DNA of 11,892 bases, taken from NCBI GenBank assembly GCA_001821395.1, contig MHLM01000002.1, positions 1 through 11,892 of the forward strand, written 5' to 3'. Under the pieces are notes generated by a model. That model did not search any database, was not told where the DNA came from, and was given only the letters and a program-made list of their open reading frames with translations. Below are positions 1 to 5,529 of the stretch, one piece after another (within the stretch, counting starts at the first letter, position 1; each line of letters starts with the position of its first letter). This stretch comes from Candidatus Lloydbacteria bacterium RIFCSPHIGHO2_02_FULL_50_18. GTDB lineage: Bacteria; Patescibacteriota; Minisyncoccia; Phycocordibacterales; UBA6899. Made by a program: the position numbers and the translations under genes.

Positions 1-31
1 AATGAATCTACTCCCATTCACAGAGCGACTT

Positions 32-50
32 GTCGAGGTCGGACCTCAAT
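32..50. repeat. Degenerate copy of the 19-nt REP-like palindrome on the 5' flank of the transposase gene (GTCGAGGTC-G-GACCTCaat)
   Basis: The left arm GTCGAGGTC and the centre G are identical to the other copies. The right arm matches only 6 of 9 positions (GACCTC, then aat instead of GAC). It ends 15 nt upstream of the ATG at 65. Confidence 0.5.
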
Positions 51-64
51 AGTAGACTGGGGAG

Positions 65-745
65 ATGGAAAGAAAAGATCCACTCATTGAAGGCGAGCTC
101 TATCATATATTTAACCGAGGGGTTGAAAAAAGAATTGTGTTTAAAAGCCAATCAGATTTCAGGAGGTTCTATGAATCACTCGCACAATTTAACACTACAA
201 ATGCAGCGCTCCACTCACGCACAAAATTCACTACAGAGAACAAAAAATCTGTTGATGTCGAGGTCGGACCTCGACATAATAAGGAACAAAAGCTCGTGAG
301 TATCTTGGCGTATACACTTTTGCCAAATCATTTTCACTTACTGTTGCGACAAGAGAGTCCGGGCGGCATCACTGAATTTATGCGAAAAATTGGAACTGGA
401 TACACGATGTACTTCAATAAAAAATATGTTCGAATTGGTCCGCTTTTTCAAGGAAAATTTAAGAGTGTACTTGTGTCACGAGATGAATATTATCAATACA
501 TCCCCCACTACATACATCTCAACGTACTCGACGCAACACATGCCGGATGGAAGAATGACGGGATATCGGTGGATCAGGCGTACAACGAATTAAGCGCATA
601 TCGATGGTCAAGCGCAAAAGAATATATCGGAAATGATAATCACGAGAGCATACTTGCACATACGGTCATCGATTCGCTTTTTGAAGAAAAACTTTTCAAC
701 AAAAAAATACTCAAGGAGCTGCTCGAGGATGACGCTTCACTCTAA
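65..745 (+). CDS. IS200/IS605-like Y1 (HUH) tyrosine transposase, REP-associated (RAYT-type), 226 aa
   Basis: The ORF is intact. N-terminal motif ELYHIFNRGVEKRIVF. HUH motif in LAYTLLPNHFHLLL (aa 81-94). GPLFQGKFKS matches the RAYT 'G-LWQ-RF' block. A C-proximal RDEYYQYIPHYIHLNVLDA block resembles E. coli RAYT DYRHHVDYIYINPVKHG, which carries the catalytic Tyr. REP-like palindromes flank the gene in inverted polarity. The GGAG ends only 1 nt before the ATG, so the SD context is poor. Confidence 0.85.
   Translation: MERKDPLIEGELYHIFNRGVEKRIVFKSQSDFRRFYESLAQFNTTNAALHSRTKFTTENKKSVDVEVGPRHNKEQKLVSILAYTLLPNHFHLLLRQESPGGITEFMRKIGTGYTMYFNKKYVRIGPLFQGKFKSVLVSRDEYYQYIPHYIHLNVLDATHAGWKNDGISVDQAYNELSAYRWSSAKEYIGNDNHESILAHTVIDSLFEEKLFNKKILKELLEDDASL
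255..277. repeat. Perfect REP palindrome (11-bp stem, 1-nt loop: ATGTCGAGGTC-G-GACCTCGACAT) embedded in-frame in the transposase CDS
   Basis: The core 19-mer at 257-275 is identical to the copy at 5480-5498. It encodes V-D-V-E-V-G-P-R-H (aa 63-71). This falls in a stretch of about 20-25 residues that is extra relative to E. coli RAYT, between the first beta-strand/helix and the HUH strand. Confidence 0.8.
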
Positions 746-777
746 TCTGTCGAGGTCCGACCTCGACAGATTAGAGT
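739..777. repeat. Extended REP hairpin (19-bp perfect stem, 1-nt loop) overlapping the last two codons and stop of the transposase. Opposite polarity to the other copies (centre C instead of G)
   Basis: acTCTAATCTGTCGAGGTC-C-GACCTCGACAGATTAGAgt. Left arm 739-757, loop C758, right arm 759-777; verified base by base. It sits in the 50-bp gap between the convergent stops at 745 (+) and 796 (-). Confidence 0.85.
739..777. terminator. Possible bidirectional transcription stop/mRNA-stabilising hairpin between convergent genes. Not a canonical intrinsic terminator
   Basis: Very stable 19-bp stem between convergent CDSs. No U-run follows on either strand; a T5 run precedes it on the minus-strand transcript. 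Confidence 0.3.
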
Positions 778-795
778 ACGAAAAATCTCGAAACG

Positions 796-2982
796 CTATT
801 CGCCCATGAGGTAGAGACGCCGAATCTCGTCAATAGAAAGTATGCGATTGTAGACACGGAGATCATCGATGGAACCAGTAAATTGTCTGGTGTTTGCAGC
901 ACTATTTCCTATATAGTATGGGTTCGAGTTACCGACTGGTGCTGAAGGTGTAGTAACTGATATTCCTTTGAATACTCCATCAACGTAAAAAGCAGGAGCG
1001 GTACCGGCACCACCATAGGTCACGAGAACGTGTTGCCATTTATTTTGGACAACGATGTTCGCTGCTGATACAGCCACGTTCGCACCATCAGTGGAAAAAC
1101 TGAGACCATTAGCTACGTTCGAATTATCACAAATAAAGAGGGTACTCCCTTTATCCACAATACGACCTCTCGCACCCCCACTACTGAAGTTTGTCGGGTA
1201 GATCCAAGCTGCAATAGTCATCTGTCCAGTGATATTGAGTGATGCCCCCGTACCAGCATTCACCGAATCATTCACTCCATCGAAACGGAGGGCTTGTCCT
1301 ATCTTGCCGATGGTGGTGGTCGTTGGATTCTGATTCTGAAGGCCGCCATGATTCCCCTGCCCCGAGACGTCACGCACATTCGGCATCATATCCTTGCCGT
1401 CGAAGGTCCACTCGCCCATAAGACCGCTGGTGAGTTCATCGCGGTGCGTGACATTCATTTTGAGCGATGCGCCCATGAGATAAAGGCGCTGCACTTCCTC
1501 AGGAGAGAGGACACGATCATAGACACGGACCTCATCAATGAAACCATCGAAATACTGCACACGGACACCCGAAGTATTCACTACAGAGGAAATCGTTAGT
1601 GGTACTGCTCCATTAAAAAGACTCCCTATGTTGTTTGCACCACTTGTCGCCCCGTTACTCAGTACTCCATCAACATAAACATTCGGATAGACTATTCCGG
1701 TAGCAGAGAATGTCATAGTAATAAAGTGCCAATTCCCATCGTTCACCGTTGCGCTGGATATTCTCGTATTAGCACCTACTCCATCTGCTGAGACTAACGC
1801 CCAGAGAACTCCTGCGTTTGTGCCATTTCCGATACTCAACCAGTATTCTCTGTCATTTCCTTGACTCTTGTATTTTCCGATGACCGTTTGTGCAAGAGTA
1901 GTAGAACTTGTCTTAACCCAAGCCGAAAGAGAGATACTTGCTGAGGGGTTAACTGAAGCAGAATCAGGTATGGTCACATAATCATCCACCCCATCAAAAC
2001 TGAGCCCCTGCCCGATCTTGCCGACGGTCGTGGTCGTTGGATTCTGATTCTGCAAACCGCCATGATTTCCCTGCCCCGAAACATCGCGCACGTTCGGTAT
2101 CATGTCCTTGCCGTCGAAGGTCCACTCGCCCATAAGACCGCTGGTGAGTTCATCGCGGTGCGTGACATTCATTTTGAGCGATGCGCCCATGAGATAAAGG
2201 CGCTGCACTTCCTCAGGAGAGAGTGCGCGACTGTAGATGCGGACGTCGTCAACAACACCATTCGTGTTCCGAGAGGTAACACCATCACTGCCCACAACAA
2301 GACCTATGTTTGTTGAGGCGGATCCAGATACTGTTGTGGTTCCACTGAGCACGCCATCAATATACAAATAAGACACGTTTCCAGAACGTAGACCTAGATA
2401 ATAATGCCACGTATTGTCATTGACGGTTGCTAAAACAGACGAAGCATAGTACAAGGTAGTGCCATTAGAAATAACAAAATCTAACTTATTAGTGCTCGCA
2501 TAACTAAAGCCGTAACCGGCTCCAGCGCCATTGTATGACCGTTTGGCAAGTATTACATTCACCGAACTGCCTTGGGAGGAATATCCTGCTCCCTTCATCC
2601 AGAGTCCTACCGAGAAATCACCAGAACCAAAATCTAGTGCACCAGAAACAGGGTCACCGATATTGACGTAAGCGTCAGTATCAGCACCACCGGGGAAAAA
2701 ATTGAATGCTTGTCCGATCTTTCCGATGGTGGCTGCCGGACCATTGGTGAGTGTTCCATTATTCCCCTGACCGCTCCTGTCGTAGACCGTCGTGCCGGAA
2801 ATATCTTTCCCATCAAAACTCCAATAACCGACGAGTCCGGAATTAAGCCTGTATCCCTGCCATGCATTCACCACGAAATTTGCGAGGGCCGTGCGCTGAA
2901 AAAGCGCAAACGTCATTGCAAATACGACGATGAATACCGCGAGGAAAAGAGGAATGATCTTTGGGGAAATTTTTTTATGCAT
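796..2982 (-). CDS. Secreted protein with three tandem LamG/concanavalin-A-like lectin (LamG_3-type jelly-roll) domains. Distal gene of the array
   Basis: The ORF is intact. I place the start at ATG 2982 (MHKKISPK...) because that N-terminus is shared with the paralog. The ORF track's 2991 is an upstream TTG. Sec signal peptide MHKKISPKIIPLFLAVFIVVFAMTFALFQRTALA, with an AXA cleavage site before NF. Three repeats follow the LamG_3 pattern: G-x-W-x-FDG ... SGQGNxG-L ... GKIGQ-x-FDG ... W-H ... LY-DGV ... D(D/E)VR-Y-R-LS-xE-(V/I). Stop TAG at 796-798. No SD motif upstream. Confidence 0.85.
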   Translation of the reverse strand: MHKKISPKIIPLFLAVFIVVFAMTFALFQRTALANFVVNAWQGYRLNSGLVGYWSFDGKDISGTTVYDRSGQGNNGTLTNGPAATIGKIGQAFNFFPGGADTDAYVNIGDPVSGALDFGSGDFSVGLWMKGAGYSSQGSSVNVILAKRSYNGAGAGYGFSYASTNKLDFVISNGTTLYYASSVLATVNDNTWHYYLGLRSGNVSYLYIDGVLSGTTTVSGSASTNIGLVVGSDGVTSRNTNGVVDDVRIYSRALSPEEVQRLYLMGASLKMNVTHRDELTSGLMGEWTFDGKDMIPNVRDVSGQGNHGGLQNQNPTTTTVGKIGQGLSFDGVDDYVTIPDSASVNPSASISLSAWVKTSSTTLAQTVIGKYKSQGNDREYWLSIGNGTNAGVLWALVSADGVGANTRISSATVNDGNWHFITMTFSATGIVYPNVYVDGVLSNGATSGANNIGSLFNGAVPLTISSVVNTSGVRVQYFDGFIDEVRVYDRVLSPEEVQRLYLMGASLKMNVTHRDELTSGLMGEWTFDGKDMMPNVRDVSGQGNHGGLQNQNPTTTTIGKIGQALRFDGVNDSVNAGTGASLNITGQMTIAAWIYPTNFSSGGARGRIVDKGSTLFICDNSNVANGLSFSTDGANVAVSAANIVVQNKWQHVLVTYGGAGTAPAFYVDGVFKGISVTTPSAPVGNSNPYYIGNSAANTRQFTGSIDDLRVYNRILSIDEIRRLYLMGE
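1391..1508. repeat. 118-nt segment letter-identical to 2105-2222 within the same LamG gene (linker 2 vs linker 1)
   Basis: Read by eye: TCCTTGCCGTCGAAGGTCCACTCGCCCATAAGACCGCTGG...CTTCCTCAGGAGAGAG is identical at both sites. Both encode ...SLKMNVTHRDELTSGLMGEWTFDGKD on the minus strand. Confidence 0.8.
1976..2127. repeat. 152-nt segment letter-identical between the two LamG genes (gene 1 linker 1 vs gene 2 linker 1 at 4444-4595). About 93% identity continues to roughly 2250/4720
   Basis: ACATAATCATCCACCCCATCAAAACTGAGCCCCTGCCCGATCTTGCC...GTCGAAGGTCCACTC is identical at both sites at a constant offset of 2468. The flanking domain cores differ. Confidence 0.8.
2105..2222. repeat. Partner copy of the 118-nt perfect intragenic repeat (matches 1391-1508)
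   Basis: See the 1391-1508 feature. Confidence 0.8.
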
Positions 2983-3017
2983 ACATGGCAAGATATCATT
3001 TCAGGGCTGCTCGATGC

Positions 3018-3092
3018 TCAAGCGCCACTTTCTGCTGAAATGACGGGGGCAGGAACGTCAGGAACAGGTGCCGTAGGATCGGAAACAGGAAG
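3018..3092 (-). pseudogene. Relic of a giant-gene 3' end (C-terminal about 24 codons plus stop) upstream of the distal LamG gene. Footprint of a duplicated 'fibre C-terminus + LamG' unit
   Basis: The minus-strand translation ...LPVSDPTAPVPDVPAPVISAESGA* matches the giant protein's C-terminus ...PVSEPTAPVPDVPAPVISSGGGA*. At DNA level 3036-3090 aligns with 5548-5602, 55 nt with 2 mismatches. There is no plausible start or upstream coding context. Confidence 0.7.
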
Positions 3093-3185
3093 CGTAGTGG
3101 ATCGTTTAAAATGTTTCTTTATATTATTCATTTGCATATATCATAACACATAACATTTTCATCCATTCTTAGGGAGCTACCGATG

Positions 3186-3204
3186 TCAAGGTTAAACCTT
3201 GACA
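3186..3204. repeat. Variant REP palindrome GTCAAGGTT-A-AACCTTGAC (9-bp stem, 1-nt loop). Same architecture as the main REP
   Basis: Perfect 19-nt palindrome. It shares GTC-AGGT...ACCT-GAC with GTCGAGGTC-G-GACCTCGAC. It lies about 40 nt downstream of the LamG2 stop (3243), and a T6 run precedes it on the minus-strand transcript. Confidence 0.6.
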
Positions 3205-3242
3205 AAAAAGGCCTAAAATACGGCTAAGAACATGGAGGGCTT

Positions 3243-5459
3243 TTATTTGCCCATAAGGTAGAGACGCTGGATCTCGTCGGGAGAAAGTACGCGGTTGTAA
3301 ATGCGGACTTCATCCATTCTCCCAGAAAATAGTCTAAGGCTATCAGCGAAACGTCCAGCAATATAAAGTGGAGTTGAAGCACTTGAACCTATACTCTGCG
3401 TCATGTTTGCAGCAGTGGTTACTTTTACTCCATTAACATAGAAACTTAAAGTTCCACTTCCACTGTAGGTTACGGCAATATGCTGCCAACGATTTAACGT
3501 AATGACATTAGTTGCATATCCATAGTCTACACTAATACTACCCGCAGCATTTACGCCGAAACCAAGACCGGCTGTTGTATTTGTATTATCCAAAAGAAAA
3601 ATATAACCTACATTACTGCCTAGTCTGTCTACAATTCTTGCTCGGTCTCCGAATGAGGTTGGATATATCCAAGCATTTACCGTTATGGCAGTTGTGATAT
3701 TGAGCGATGAGCCAGTCCCAACATTTATTTTGTCATCTACCCCATCAAAATTCAACCCCTGTCCTATCTTGCCGATCGTGGTGGTCGTCGGATTCTGATT
3801 CTGAAGGCCGCCGTTGTTCCCCTGCCCCGAGACATCACGCACGTTCGGTGTCATGTCCTTGCCGTCAAAGGTCCATTCGCCCACGAGGCCACTCGTGAGT
3901 TCATCGCGATGAGTGACGTTTGTTTTGAGTGATGCACCCATGAGATAGAGGCGCTTAACTTCATCGGCAGAGAGGGCGCGGTTGTAGGCACGGACCTCGT
4001 CAAGATTGCCGTCAAAGGGCATACTCCAATCAGAACGAGCGCCGACGACTAAGGCGTTTGACCCTGCGCTAATTGCACTGATACCAACAGTGCTCACTCC
4101 ATTGTCGCCCACCCCAACACCATTAACATACAGCTTCAGCCCACTCGCATTATTCGCCAAAAAAGTGCCGCACACATGTGTCCACACGCTCAGTTGAGTC
4201 GTATTTGACGGAGTTTCGATTCTCGCAGTACCAGTATCGGCACTATCCCAAATAGCAAAAGTGTACACGTCTGTTCGTCCCGAAGAAAAACCAACATCAT
4301 CACGAAAAAGAAGAAAACCGTTACTAGCAACAACGTCTTCCTTTGCAATGATGGCGTCATCGGATGTAATTGACCCATGATAGGCCCAGACACAAACTGT
4401 AAGTTCTGTCGCTGTATCTAAACTATTAATATCTCCCGCACTGACATAATCATCCACCCCATCAAAACTGAGCCCCTGCCCGATCTTGCCGACGGTCGTG
4501 GTCGTTGGATTCTGATTCTGCAAACCGCCATGATTTCCCTGCCCCGAAACATCGCGCACGTTCGGTATCATGTCCTTGCCGTCGAAGGTCCACTCACCAA
4601 CGAGACCCCCGGTGAGTTCATCGCGGTGGGTGACGTTTGTTTTGAGCGATGCGCCCATGAGATAGAGACGCTGCACTTCCTCAGGAGAGAGTGCGCGACT
4701 GTAGATACGAACGTCATCAACAATAACGTTGGCGTTTCTACCTCCATCGAGAGCACTATCGGCACCAATGATAAGACCGGAGGCAGTAGAACATGAGCCA
4801 CTTACTGTTGCGTTCGTACCCCTCACCATTCCGTCTCGATACAATGACATCATACCCCCCGAACGCATTCCGACATAGTGATGCCATGTATTATCATTCA
4901 TGGTGGCTGAAACATCATTAGCAGAATATGCTGTAGTGCCGTTCGCGATAGTAAAAGCCAGTATATTCCCACTGCCATAAGAAAATCCATAACCGGTTCC
5001 GACACTATTGTATGACTTTTTCGCGAGTGCTACATTCACCGAACTACCTTGAGAGGAATATCCAGTTCCTTTCATCCAAAATCCTACCGAGAAATCCCCT
5101 GTTCCAAAATCGAGCATCCCTGAAACGGGATCCCCCATGTTCGCATATGCATTCGTATCGGAACCATTAGGGAAAAAATTAAATGCTTGCCCAATCTTGC
5201 CGATGGTGGCTGCCGGACCATTGGTGAGCGTTCCATTATTGCCCTGGCCACTCCGATCATAGGCTGTTGTGCCGGAGATATCTTTGCCATCAAAACTCCA
5301 ATATCCGACGAGTCCGGAATTAAGTCGATACCCCTGCCATGCATTCACCACGAAATTTGCAAGTGCCGTGCGTTGAAATAGCGCAAACGTCATTGCAAAT
5401 ACGACGATGAATACCGCGAGAAAAAGAGGGATGATCTTTGGGGAGATTTTTTTATGCAT
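3243..5459 (-). CDS. Secreted protein with three tandem LamG/concanavalin-A-like lectin domains. Proximal gene of the array and paralog of 796-2982
   Basis: The start is placed at ATG 5459 (MHKKISPK...), which is the same signal peptide as in the paralog. The track's ORF runs to 5606 only because the frame stays open across the REP and the giant gene's 3' end. The first ~95 aa are near-identical to the paralog, as are the inter-domain linkers, but the cores of domains 1-3 are diverged and domain 2 is essentially a different LamG variant. Stop TAA at 3243-3245. No SD motif upstream. Confidence 0.85.
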   Translation of the reverse strand: MHKKISPKIIPLFLAVFIVVFAMTFALFQRTALANFVVNAWQGYRLNSGLVGYWSFDGKDISGTTAYDRSGQGNNGTLTNGPAATIGKIGQAFNFFPNGSDTNAYANMGDPVSGMLDFGTGDFSVGFWMKGTGYSSQGSSVNVALAKKSYNSVGTGYGFSYGSGNILAFTIANGTTAYSANDVSATMNDNTWHHYVGMRSGGMMSLYRDGMVRGTNATVSGSCSTASGLIIGADSALDGGRNANVIVDDVRIYSRALSPEEVQRLYLMGASLKTNVTHRDELTGGLVGEWTFDGKDMIPNVRDVSGQGNHGGLQNQNPTTTTVGKIGQGLSFDGVDDYVSAGDINSLDTATELTVCVWAYHGSITSDDAIIAKEDVVASNGFLLFRDDVGFSSGRTDVYTFAIWDSADTGTARIETPSNTTQLSVWTHVCGTFLANNASGLKLYVNGVGVGDNGVSTVGISAISAGSNALVVGARSDWSMPFDGNLDEVRAYNRALSADEVKRLYLMGASLKTNVTHRDELTSGLVGEWTFDGKDMTPNVRDVSGQGNNGGLQNQNPTTTTIGKIGQGLNFDGVDDKINVGTGSSLNITTAITVNAWIYPTSFGDRARIVDRLGSNVGYIFLLDNTNTTAGLGFGVNAAGSISVDYGYATNVITLNRWQHIAVTYSGSGTLSFYVNGVKVTTAANMTQSIGSSASTPLYIAGRFADSLRLFSGRMDEVRIYNRVLSPDEIQRLYLMGK
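4444..4595. repeat. Partner copy of the 152-nt perfect inter-paralog repeat (matches 1976-2127)
   Basis: See the 1976-2127 feature. Confidence 0.8.
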
Positions 5460-5479
5460 ACACTGCTGGCGTGCTGGAG

Positions 5480-5498
5480 GTCGAGGTCGGACCTCGAC
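5480..5498. repeat. Dispersed perfect copy of the REP 19-mer GTCGAGGTC-G-GACCTCGAC in the 70-bp gap between the giant gene stop and the LamG2 start
   Basis: Identical to 257-275. The left flank carries a GAGGTC duplication (gGAGGTCGAGGTCg). Confidence 0.8.
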
Positions 5499-5511
5499 AA
5501 GATGATGCACT

Positions 5512-5524
5512 GAGGCCCGGCCTC
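5512..5524. repeat. GC-rich REP-like mini-palindrome GAGGCC-C-GGCCTC immediately 3' of the giant gene stop. With 5480-5498 it forms a BIME-like tandem of related hairpins
   Basis: 6-bp stem, 1-nt loop. The context tGAGGCCcGGCCTCg parallels cGAGGTCgGACCTCg of the main REP. Confidence 0.5.
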
Positions 5525-5529
5525 GAAGC

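Noticed and set aside
30-299. 89-aa plus-strand ORF overlapping the transposase start in another frame
   Set aside because: It is out of frame with a transposase ORF that has all family motifs, and it reads through two REP palindromes. Spurious.
739-777. Canonical rho-independent terminator calls for the REP hairpins
   Set aside because: None of the hairpins is followed by a U-run on the transcribed strand; T/A runs precede them instead. I kept only a low-confidence 'possible transcription stop' for the convergent-gene hairpin.
796-2991. TTG start at 2991 for LamG1 (track ORF begins MPCMHKK)
   Set aside because: The ATG three codons downstream (2982) gives the N-terminus shared with the paralog and a canonical K-rich n-region signal peptide.
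2710-3153. 147-aa plus-strand ORF spanning the LamG1 start and the intergenic region
   Set aside because: It is antisense to the LamG1 signal-peptide coding region and then runs through the fibre-gene relic in the wrong strand. No independent support.
3100-3242. Promoter for LamG1 in the AT-rich stretch and a TTGACA at 3199-3204
   Set aside because: The TTGACA is on the wrong strand for the minus-strand genes and is not followed by a -10 at proper spacing. I found no convincing -35/-10 pair on the minus strand by eye. I left it unannotated rather than guess.
796-5459. Diversity-generating retroelement (DGR) targeting the lectin domains
   Set aside because: Variable lectin-like domains plus near-identical repeats invite the idea. 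However, there is no reverse-transcriptase ORF in the window, and the identical blocks are coding-to-coding between full paralogs (linkers). They do not form a template/variable-repeat pair over a variable core with adenine-specific mismatches.
32-5524. CRISPR array, considered because of the recurring 19-nt sequence
   Set aside because: The copies are themselves perfect palindromes. They are irregularly spaced (about 205, 480, 2400 and 2300 nt apart), in mixed orientation, with no uniform spacers. This is REP-type, not CRISPR.
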